Shown here: piece by piece, positions 26,333 through 34,089 of the stretch
Position numbering within the stretch: position 1 is the first letter of the stretch
Layout of the letters: every line of letters begins with the position of its first letter
Source of the DNA: Dehalococcoidia bacterium
Lineage (GTDB): Bacteria; Chloroflexota; Dehalococcoidia; Lucifugimonadales; UBA2962
Direction: 5' to 3'
Length of the DNA stretch: 64,000 nucleotides
Assembly (NCBI GenBank): GCA_963664125.2
Contig: OY760908.2
Span: 1,276,314 to 1,340,313, forward strand
Notes under the pieces: generated by a model
Told to the model about the DNA's origin: nothing
Databases searched by the model: none
The model's input: only the letters and a program-made list of their open reading frames with translations
Translations under genes and position numbers: made by a program

Positions 26333-26884
26333 TTGGATGTCGGCAAGCTGGCTCGACTCTTGCTCCCCCAGAACCCCATAGTCCGGATTCGCTACTTCAC
26401 AGCCCGGGTCCGCAATCGGCCCGGCGACCTCACCCAGGCGCAGCGGCAGCAGGCGTATCTCCGTGCCCTTGAAACCATCCCAGACCTGACCATCCACCTC
26501 GGGTACTTTCTTCCAATGACGAAGCGCAGGCCGTTGGTGGGACGGCGTCTGGACGGCCAACGTATGGTCGAGGTCCACGACACGGAGGAGAAGGGCACCG
26601 ACGTTAACCTGGCGTCCTACCTACTGTTGGACGGCTTCGAGAACAAGTACGAGTTGGCCGTCGTGATCTCCAACGACTCGGACCTTGAGCTTCCCATCAG
26701 GATTGCAAGAACCAAGTTGGGCAAGCAGGTCGGCGTCTTCGATCCAAGCAGCAGGCGGAGCTTCGAACTGCATGGGGCAGCCTCTTGGTACAGGTCGCTG
26801 CGTGCCGGCCCATTGAGCGCCAGCCTCTTCCCGGAGACGATTTCCGATGCCAAAGGAGCCATCACCAGACCCAGTGGCTGGTGA
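26333..26884 (+). CDS. NYN-domain (PIN-like) ribonuclease-family protein; homology continues upstream to about 26261 with no canonical in-frame start
   Basis: Track ORF, 183 aa from TTG 26333. The same frame is open from 26177 and reads (I)RTSGYIDGLNLYHCALRGTPYRWLDVGKL, a typical NYN N-terminus. The acidic motifs EEKGTDVNLA and ISNDSDL are also present. Confidence 0.75.
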   Translation: MDVGKLARLLLPQNPIVRIRYFTARVRNRPGDLTQAQRQQAYLRALETIPDLTIHLGYFLPMTKRRPLVGRRLDGQRMVEVHDTEEKGTDVNLASYLLLDGFENKYELAVVISNDSDLELPIRIARTKLGKQVGVFDPSSRRSFELHGAASWYRSLRAGPLSASLFPETISDAKGAITRPSGW

Positions 26885-27133
26885 TGGCCGACGATCAAGG
26901 GTCCGGCGGCCCGACCACGGTTGCCATCGTCGCGTCACTCCGTTCCGGCGCAGGCTCCCCTTGAGTGCCCCCCGCCGCGAGTCCCGTGCGATCCCGCCCC
27001 GTACCTCAGAGGCCGCCCCTTCCGCCGCCTATCCAGCCCTTAGCAGGTACAGGCGACCGAACCGGTCCGAGACCCCTCCTGTTCGGCCTAGAACCTGCCT
27101 TGAGCGCAGACACCCCGCTGGTCTCGTGCAGCG

Positions 27134-28024
27134 CTACGCAGCGCAGGGGGCGAGCTCGCAGATCAAGTCGATGGCCCGTGGCGCATCCACTTCGACGGCC
27201 ACGTCGACAGGCCCGTCGCCGAAGCTGACCACGCTCGTCCCCCGGCGCTCGCCCTCCGTCTCGACCAGCACCTCGCCGGTCCGCATCCCCAGCAGCGTCG
27301 GATCGAGGGCCGCCACCACAGCCAGCGGATCGCACATCGAGAACCTCTCCCCCGGGTGAATCCTGAGCCACTCGCCTAGGAGCCGGCCAGCCAGCGAGTC
27401 CGCGGCCGGGTGCCCTGCGCGGTCCGGGCCCACCTGCACGCGGTCGCACACGTCTAGGCCGACCATGGTCATCGGCGCCCCGCAGCCGAGCACGCGTCCG
27501 GCGGCCACGGGGTCGGAGTAGAAGTTGAACTCGGCGTGCGGGGTGACGTTGCCGGGGCACAGCGCGGCCCCTCCCATGATCCATATGCGGCGAAGGAGCC
27601 GGGGCAGCCCGGGCTCTGCCTCCAGGGCATCGGCCACGTTGGTGAGCGGCCCGATCGCGATCACCTCGAGCGCGCCCGGGTGCGACCTCGCGGACTCGAC
27701 GATCATCTCGACCGCCGAGCCTGGCCTCGGCCTGGACCGGGGCGCGCCGAGGTCGACGGTCAGGCCAGTCTGGCCATGGAAGTGGTAGGCGTGCTGCGGC
27801 ACGCCGCCCGGCGGGCCGGCCGATCCCTCCCACACGCCGACGTCGGACCTTCCCAGCGCCTCCAGTATCGACAGGGCGTTGCGGGTGGCCTCGGCCACCG
27901 TCACGTTGCCCGCGACGGTCGTGAGGCCCAAGACCTCAAGCTCGGGCGACGAGAGGGCCATCGCGATGGCGATGGCGTCGTCCGTGCCCGGGTCGGTGTC
28001 GACTACTACCGGCCGCGCGCCCAT
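27134..28024 (-). CDS. inosine/uridine-preferring nucleoside hydrolase family protein
   Basis: 296 aa from ATG 28024: MGARPVVVDTDPGTDDAIAIAMAL, which carries the DXDXXXDD motif. It overlaps the upstream epimerase gene by 19 nt. Confidence 0.9.
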   Translation of the reverse strand: MGARPVVVDTDPGTDDAIAIAMALSSPELEVLGLTTVAGNVTVAEATRNALSILEALGRSDVGVWEGSAGPPGGVPQHAYHFHGQTGLTVDLGAPRSRPRPGSAVEMIVESARSHPGALEVIAIGPLTNVADALEAEPGLPRLLRRIWIMGGAALCPGNVTPHAEFNFYSDPVAAGRVLGCGAPMTMVGLDVCDRVQVGPDRAGHPAADSLAGRLLGEWLRIHPGERFSMCDPLAVVAALDPTLLGMRTGEVLVETEGERRGTSVVSFGDGPVDVAVEVDAPRAIDLICELAPCAA

Positions 28025-28986
28025 GCCCCCCGTCCGGCGCGGCCGCCCCGGGGCCCGATGCGCCGTGCGTAGGCGGCCCAAGCGTCGGCTGAGGTGTGGG
28101 CGAAGGAGACGCCCAGCTCGCGCCTGATCCTCTCGGTGCTCGCCGTCCACCTGTGCTGTATGAAACCCAGGCCCGCCGCAGGCGACTCGGACTGGATCCT
28201 CAGCGTCCAGGTGGCGGCGGCCAGGGCGTACAGGACAGGGGCGGGCAGGGTGATGACCGAGCGCCCCAGCATCCTTGCCATCTCGCTCCAGCGGACCACC
28301 CCGTCCCCGGCGATGTTGTACAGGCCGGTCACGCGCCCGCGCAGGCAGCGCTCCAGCACGTTTACGAGGTCTTCCTCGTGCAGCAGCTGCATCGGCGGGT
28401 CGTGCCCGCTCATGCCTATCAGCACGGGCTTTGCGAAGGCGCGGGAGATGAAGTTGTCGGCGGTCGGCCCCATGACCGGGCAGCCGCGGAGCAGGCCCAC
28501 CCCGACGCCGGGGTTGGTCCGGGCGAACCCGTCTATCAGCCGCTCGGCCGCCAGCTTGTCCACCGCGTACTGGAATCCGGGAGAGGGCCGGGGAGGGGAG
28601 TCCTCGGTCAGCCACTCGGGGTTGTCGGCGTGCGGCCCGTACACGGTGGTGCTGCCGAAGTACAGGAAGTAGCGGGCGCCCGACGCCGCGGTGGCCGCGA
28701 GGGCGCTCTCCGTGCCGCCCAGGTTCACCTCGCGTATCGCCCTGCCGTCCCGGCCGGGCTCCAGCACGAAGGCGAGGTGCACCACCGCGTCCGGGGCGAA
28801 CTCCGTGAAGATCGGCTCCAGGGCGCCGCGCACGTCGTGGGCGACGTGCCTCACCGACTCGGGGTACGCGCCGCGGGGGGGCCGCACGTCCACGGCCAGG
28901 ACGGCCTCGACCCAGTCGGCCCAGGCCAGCCGCCGCACCAGGGCGGTGCCCACGTACCCGGACGAGCCGGTCACGGCGATCCTCAT
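28006..28986 (-). CDS. NAD-dependent epimerase/dehydratase family protein
   Basis: 326 aa from ATG 28986: MRIAVTGSSGYVGTALV (GxxGxxG), with ...YAVDKLAAE as the YxxxK motif. Confidence 0.85.
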   Translation of the reverse strand: MRIAVTGSSGYVGTALVRRLAWADWVEAVLAVDVRPPRGAYPESVRHVAHDVRGALEPIFTEFAPDAVVHLAFVLEPGRDGRAIREVNLGGTESALAATAASGARYFLYFGSTTVYGPHADNPEWLTEDSPPRPSPGFQYAVDKLAAERLIDGFARTNPGVGVGLLRGCPVMGPTADNFISRAFAKPVLIGMSGHDPPMQLLHEEDLVNVLERCLRGRVTGLYNIAGDGVVRWSEMARMLGRSVITLPAPVLYALAAATWTLRIQSESPAAGLGFIQHRWTASTERIRRELGVSFAHTSADAWAAYARRIGPRGGRAGRGAWARGR

Positions 28987-29348
28987 CAGGCCTCGTCCGT
29001 GAAGTCGAAGCGCAGCGTGCCCATGCCGGGCACGTCGAAGGCCATGCCGATCTTGTGCGGGCCCTCGGCGAGCCGCACCCCCTCGACGCCGATCTCGATG
29101 TCGGCGTTCATCGCCAGCGTGAAGGTCCGCTCCTCCGAGACGTCCGAAAAGCGCACCCGCTCGCCGTCCTCGACGAAGGAGCACGACTCGATCGGCACCT
29201 CCTCGCCGTTGACCGATAGGGGCCACAGCCTGTGGGCGTAGCCCGACCCCAGGCCGTTCCTGAGCCTGAACGAGAACCCGTCCTCCCCGGCCGCGAGGCT
29301 GCCCTTGACGTACAGCCTCCTGAGCAGGAACGCCGGCACGCTGACCAT
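28986..29348 (-). CDS. conserved-looking hypothetical protein (120 aa)
   Basis: MVSVPAFLLRRLYVKGSLAAGEDGFSFRLRNGLGSGYAHRLWPLSVNGEEVP... I recognise no domain. Its stop shares 1 nt with the epimerase ATG (TGATG). Confidence 0.6.
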   Translation of the reverse strand: MVSVPAFLLRRLYVKGSLAAGEDGFSFRLRNGLGSGYAHRLWPLSVNGEEVPIESCSFVEDGERVRFSDVSEERTFTLAMNADIEIGVEGVRLAEGPHKIGMAFDVPGMGTLRFDFTDEA

Positions 29349-29379
29349 CGTCTTCCTCCCTTCGCTCGGGCCCCCGGGC

Positions 29380-30027
29380 CTACCCGGTGCGCATCCGGTA
29401 CATCGCCTGCTCGCGCTCGACGACCTCGGCCGGGAGCTGGCCCACGGCTCCGGACATCGCGGCGTAGGCGTGGATCGTCGCCACGCGCTCGACGAGCGCG
29501 CAGACCCTCAGGGCCTCGTCCGCGGTGCGCCCGACGCCGACGGCGCCGTGGTTGCGGATGATGGCCGCGCTCCTTCCCTCCAGCGCCTCGAGGACCCGCT
29601 CGGCAAGCTCCGGGGTGCCGGGGAAGGCGTACTCCGACACCCTCACGCCGCCGCCGAGGTGGACCACCATCTCGTCCACGATGGGGGGGATCTCCCGGCC
29701 CGCGACGGCGGCCACCGAGGAGAAGATCGAGTGGGTGTGGACCACCGCGCCCACCGCCGGCCTGCGCTCGTAGATCGCCTGGTGCAGGAGCGACTCGGAC
29801 GAGGGCACGCCCTCTCCCTCGATCGGCTCGAGCTCCGGGTCGACGACGACGATGTCGGACTCCGAGAGCTCCGAGTAGGGCAGCCCCATGGGGGTGATGG
29901 CCATCAGGGCCGGGCCCGGCGCCCTTACGCTGACGTTGCCGCTGGACCCTGAGACGAGGCCGAGGCGGTCCATCTCCCGTGCGGCCCGGGCCACGGCCTC
30001 CCTCTCGCTGGCGAAGCCCCCGCTCAC
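29380..30027 (-). CDS. class II aldolase/adducin-family protein (fuculose-phosphate aldolase / ribulose-5-P epimerase-like)
   Basis: 215 aa: ...GLVSGSSGNVSVR...HTHSIFSSVAAV...NHGAVGVG, the class II aldolase pattern. Confidence 0.88.
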   Translation of the reverse strand: MSGGFASEREAVARAAREMDRLGLVSGSSGNVSVRAPGPALMAITPMGLPYSELSESDIVVVDPELEPIEGEGVPSSESLLHQAIYERRPAVGAVVHTHSIFSSVAAVAGREIPPIVDEMVVHLGGGVRVSEYAFPGTPELAERVLEALEGRSAAIIRNHGAVGVGRTADEALRVCALVERVATIHAYAAMSGAVGQLPAEVVEREQAMYRMRTG

Positions 30028-30057
30028 TTCGGATCGCTCATGCCGCGGTCACAGGCG

Positions 30058-31539
30058 CTAGATCGGGACGCGGGCCAGGGCCGAGGACACCTCGAGCCAG
30101 CGCTCATAGTGATCGCGGTACTCGGCCGAGGACAGACGGTCGGGCGAAACGCGGATCAACTCCCCGGCACCTCCTCCTCCCGTGGCGGGCGTCCGGCGGT
30201 CGCCGAGGGCGCTCATCGCGCAGGCGAAGGCGCCCGCCGCGGTGGCGCTCCCGTGGCCGCAGACTAGTATATCGGCGCCGATTACGTTTGCAACAATTCG
30301 CCGGAACAGGCCGCTGCGGGCCATCCCGCCCCCCAGGGCGACCGATCGGGGCGGTTGGCCGGTGACCCCCTCCAGCCTCTCGAGGCTGGCCCTGATCGAG
30401 AAGGCGGCGGACTCGAGCCCGGCCCGCGCCAGGTGGCCCGGCCCGCGCTCGTTCATCGTGATCGGCACCGGGAACACCCAGCCCCCGCCCCGCACGCCCA
30501 CGGCCGACATGTCCATGGCGGGATGGCCGAGCACGGCGACCGTTCCCTCGGCGCCCGCGCCCGCGGCCTCGGCGCCCGACTCCAGCTCGTCGAACGGGCG
30601 CCCGGTCGTCTCGGATATCCACGAATAGGCGCGCCCGGCGTCCCCGGCGCTGCTCTCGGCGACCCAGCGGCCGGGCTCCAGGTGGCAGCCGAACCATGTC
30701 GCCCGGCCCTCCGAGGGCGAGGGCGCCGCGGTGACCTGCTGCACGGGGGCGCTCCAGCCCGCGACTATCGCGGCCTGCCCCGGCTCGGTCGCCCCCATGC
30801 CCAGGGCCGCGCACTGCGTGTCGGCCCCGGCGGAGGTGACCGGCGTGCCCGGCATCATCCCCGCGCGCCGCGCCGCGCCGCGGCTCAGACCGCCCACGGG
30901 CGTGCCGGCCCCGACGATCGGCACCGAGCCGTCCATCGGGATGCCGAGCTCGGCCGCAAGGTCGACCGCCCAGCTGCCCGAGGCGACGTCCAGCAGCCCG
31001 GCCTCGCCGGCCAGCGTGGGCTCGGAGGCCAGCCGGCCGGTGAGCTCCATGATCAGCCAGTCCGGCAGCGTTACGGCCGTGGAGATCCTTTCGAACAGGC
31101 CGGGGCGGTTGGCCCTCATCCACGCGAGCCTGGCCGGCGCGAGGAACAGCGACGGCAGGTGGCCCGTGGTGCGGTAGATCGCGTCGGCGCGGGCGGCGTC
31201 CATCGCCGCCCCCTCGAAGACCGCCCGCAGGTCGACGTTCGGGCCGAGGTAAAGGCACCGCCCGCCGCCGTCCAGGAACGCGACCGCCTGCCTCATGCTC
31301 GTGACCGCCACCGCCGCGACCTCGGCGCCCGCGCGGCCGACCGCGCGCCGCATCAGGTCCAGGACCGCGGAGAGCACCGCCTCCGGCTCGAACTCGCGCG
31401 CCAGGGGCAGCTCCCTGGGGGCGACCGAGGGCGGCCACGGCGACCTCTCCTCGGCCAGCTGCCTGCCGCTGGCGGCGATGACGTGGCAGCGGATGGCGCT
31501 GGTGCCGGCGTCGACGGCCAGCACAGCCCGCTCAGCCAA
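30058..31539 (-). CDS. FGGY-family carbohydrate kinase
   Basis: 493 aa: MAERAVLAVDAGTSAIRCHV... (FGGY N-terminal ATPase motif) plus the C-terminal GGGMARSGLFRRIVANVIG. Confidence 0.88.
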   Translation of the reverse strand: MAERAVLAVDAGTSAIRCHVIAASGRQLAEERSPWPPSVAPRELPLAREFEPEAVLSAVLDLMRRAVGRAGAEVAAVAVTSMRQAVAFLDGGGRCLYLGPNVDLRAVFEGAAMDAARADAIYRTTGHLPSLFLAPARLAWMRANRPGLFERISTAVTLPDWLIMELTGRLASEPTLAGEAGLLDVASGSWAVDLAAELGIPMDGSVPIVGAGTPVGGLSRGAARRAGMMPGTPVTSAGADTQCAALGMGATEPGQAAIVAGWSAPVQQVTAAPSPSEGRATWFGCHLEPGRWVAESSAGDAGRAYSWISETTGRPFDELESGAEAAGAGAEGTVAVLGHPAMDMSAVGVRGGGWVFPVPITMNERGPGHLARAGLESAAFSIRASLERLEGVTGQPPRSVALGGGMARSGLFRRIVANVIGADILVCGHGSATAAGAFACAMSALGDRRTPATGGGGAGELIRVSPDRLSSAEYRDHYERWLEVSSALARVPI

Positions 31540-32545
31540 CCGGCGCGTCCATCGCCGACGGATTGACGGCGTTGAGCGGCGTGCGCCCGTCGAGGAACCT
31601 GAGCAGGTCGCCGGTGATCATGTCGGAGTGGCGCTCTATCGTCTCGTCGGTCGCCCCGGCGACGTGCGGGGTCAGGACCATGTTCGGGGCGCCGAGTAGC
31701 GGGCTGTCGGGTGCGATCGGGTGGGTGTCGAAGACGTCGGCGGCGGCGCCGGCCAGCCGGCCCTCGGCGAGGGCGCCCAGCAGCGCCGCGGTGTCGGCGA
31801 CGGCGACCCCGGAGGCCATCACCAGGAACGCCCCCGGCCTCATGCTCGACAGGGCCTGCGCGTCCAGCATCCCCGAGGTCTCGGCGGTCATGGGCGCGAG
31901 CGTCGCCACGAAGTCCGACCCCGCAAGGAGCGAGGGCAGATCGGTCATCTCGACGCCCGCAACGTCGGCGGCGTACGGGTCGTACGCGAGCGCCGTCATC
32001 CCCAGCGACGTCGCCATTGCGGCCAGCCGGCGCCCGATGGCGCCCAGGCCGATCAGGCCCAGGGTCCTACCCCCCAGCTCGACGCCGCGCAGCAGCCGGT
32101 ACGGCTCGTCCGGGCTGCGCCAGAGCCCGTCCCTGACGTACCTGTCGGCGGCCGGTATCCGGCGGGCGAGGGACAGCATCAGGCCAAGCACGTGCTCCGC
32201 CACCGCCGGGGCGTTGCGGGCCGGGGCGTTGACCACGACGACGCCCCGCTCGGTCGCCGCCGCCACGTCGATGTGGTTGAGCGCCGCGCGGCAGACGCCG
32301 ACGAAGCGCAGCGAGGGGGCCCTCTCGAACGTCTCGTCGAACACGAAGTCGGACTCGACGACCAGGGCGACGGCCCCCAGGGCGTCGAGGCGATCCCCCA
32401 GCTCCTCGGGGTCGTGCAGCCGCAGCGTCTCCATCCAGCTCTCGTGCGTGACGCTGAGGCGCCGCCCGAGCCGCTCGAGCGCGGCCCCTGAGAACGGCGC
32501 CAGGACTAGGGCGGCGGGCGGTCGGGACGGGTCGGGGGCCGGCAT
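31532..32545 (-). CDS. D-isomer-specific 2-hydroxyacid dehydrogenase family protein
   Basis: 337 aa with the NAD motif GLIGLGAIGRRLA and the catalytic-region pattern ...LTPHVAGAT. It starts 3 nt after the squalene/phytoene synthase stop. Confidence 0.88.
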   Translation of the reverse strand: MPAPDPSRPPAALVLAPFSGAALERLGRRLSVTHESWMETLRLHDPEELGDRLDALGAVALVVESDFVFDETFERAPSLRFVGVCRAALNHIDVAAATERGVVVVNAPARNAPAVAEHVLGLMLSLARRIPAADRYVRDGLWRSPDEPYRLLRGVELGGRTLGLIGLGAIGRRLAAMATSLGMTALAYDPYAADVAGVEMTDLPSLLAGSDFVATLAPMTAETSGMLDAQALSSMRPGAFLVMASGVAVADTAALLGALAEGRLAGAAADVFDTHPIAPDSPLLGAPNMVLTPHVAGATDETIERHSDMITGDLLRFLDGRTPLNAVNPSAMDAPVG

Positions 32546-32548
32546 TCG

Positions 32549-33463
32549 CTAGCGCCGGGCCCCGGGGGTCAGCAGTCCACGGGCGGCGGCGGCGGCCCAG
32601 AACCTGGCCATCAGCATCAGCTTGTGGGGCCTAGACAGTCCGATGCGCCGCCCGAATACGTCGTACCCCGACGCCTCGATGCGGCCGAGGATGGCAGAGT
32701 ACAGGGCGCCCAGGACGGCGGGGCACGCCCGCGACGAGGGCGCGAGCAGCGGGAGCAGCCGCGACCCGCTCTCGAAGTATCCTCGCGCCCTGCGGGCCTG
32801 CACGGCCATCAGGCCCCGGAACCGGTCGTCGACCACCCCGGCACGAAGGTCGCGCTCCCCGTACCCGAACGAGGCCATCTCGTCCTGCGGGAGGTAGACG
32901 CGGTCACGGTCAAGGTCCTCCCCGACGTCGCGCATGATGTTGGTCAGCTGCATCGCCAGGCCCAGGTCCACGGCGTGGCGGCGCGCCGCGGGGTCGGAGT
33001 AGCCGAAGATCTCGATGCTGATCAGGCCGACCACGGACGCGACCTTGTAGCAGTACGCGCGCAGCTCGTCGAAGTCCGCGTACCGGGCCTTGGTCAGGTC
33101 CATCTCGACCCCCTCTATCACCTCCGCCAGGTGCCCGGGGGCGATGCCGAATCGGTCCGACGCGTCCGCTACCGCGGCGAGCACGGGGTCGGCCCGGTCC
33201 CCGGCCAGCGCGGAGTCGAGCCGGGAGCGCAGGTCGGCCAGGCCGCGCCTCCTGTCGTCGACGGGCATGTCGCCGTCGGCTATGTCGTCGCACGCCCGGC
33301 AGAACGCGTACGCGGCGTATATGGCGCGCCGGCGCGTCGCCGGGAGCGTGCGGAATGCGTAGTAGAAGTTCCGGGCCTGCTCCCTGGTGGTGCGCTCGCA
33401 CAGGTCGTAGGCGCGTGCCACGTCCGGCTCCATCGTCGGGCTCACGTCATCGCTGCGTCGCAC
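32549..33463 (-). CDS. squalene/phytoene synthase family protein (HpnC/HpnD/Sqs/CrtB-like; subtype not resolvable by eye)
   Basis: 304 aa with two Asp-rich motifs, YAFCRACDDIADG and MRDVGEDLDRDRVYLP. Confidence 0.88.
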   Translation of the reverse strand: MRRSDDVSPTMEPDVARAYDLCERTTREQARNFYYAFRTLPATRRRAIYAAYAFCRACDDIADGDMPVDDRRRGLADLRSRLDSALAGDRADPVLAAVADASDRFGIAPGHLAEVIEGVEMDLTKARYADFDELRAYCYKVASVVGLISIEIFGYSDPAARRHAVDLGLAMQLTNIMRDVGEDLDRDRVYLPQDEMASFGYGERDLRAGVVDDRFRGLMAVQARRARGYFESGSRLLPLLAPSSRACPAVLGALYSAILGRIEASGYDVFGRRIGLSRPHKLMLMARFWAAAAARGLLTPGARR

Positions 33464-33515
33464 GGGCGGGGGAGTAGACCCGGTCGGCGGGGCCTGGGAT
33501 CGGCGGGACCGCCCC

Positions 33516-33994
33516 CTAGATCCCCAGGACCTGCACGGCCACCTTGCGGCTGTCGATCTGCAGGGTCTTGTCCGCGTCGAGCTCGACGGCGAATACGCGC
33601 TGCCACCGGCCCAGGGCCATGCGCCCGTCGACCACGGGCACCGTCTCGGGCGCGCCGAGGGCCAGGTGCTGGCAGTGGGAGTGGCCGTTCGGGCACTCGT
33701 CCTCGTGCATGCTGACCGTGCGCACGGAGAAGTCGCTGTGCCGGTAATGCGCTCCGCGGGGGGCCAGGCGCTCTGCGAAGGAGGCGAGGTCGATCATCAG
33801 GAGGGCTCGGCCTCCTGTGTGACGGTCGCCATCGTCGTGTGCTGGGAGAAGACGCAGGCCATGCCGCTGCGGACCCCGGACCGCTCGACGATATCTGCGA
33901 CGTGCTCGGTGATGTCGACGAACTGCGGGGCCTGCGAGGTCCTTACGTCCAGTGTGTCCAGAAACGCCCGGAAGGGCGCCTCCATCACTCTCAT
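33516..33994 (-). pseudogene. yjbQ: YjbQ/UPF0047 (secondary thiamine-phosphate synthase) family gene split into two overlapping ORFs
   Basis: ORF 33797..33994 ends ...FSQHTTMATVTQEAEPS*. ORF 33516..33797 starts MIDLASFAERLAPRGAHYRH...GRMALGRWQRVFAVELD. Together they read as one YjbQ-like protein interrupted at TGATG (33795-33799). Confidence 0.75.
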
Positions 33995-34089
33995 TCGCTT
34001 ACCTCTCTCGCCGTGCGTACCGATGCGGGCCGGTCCACGGGGTAGAGACTAGCACACACAGCGCCCGCGCTTCAAACGCTCGTACCCCG

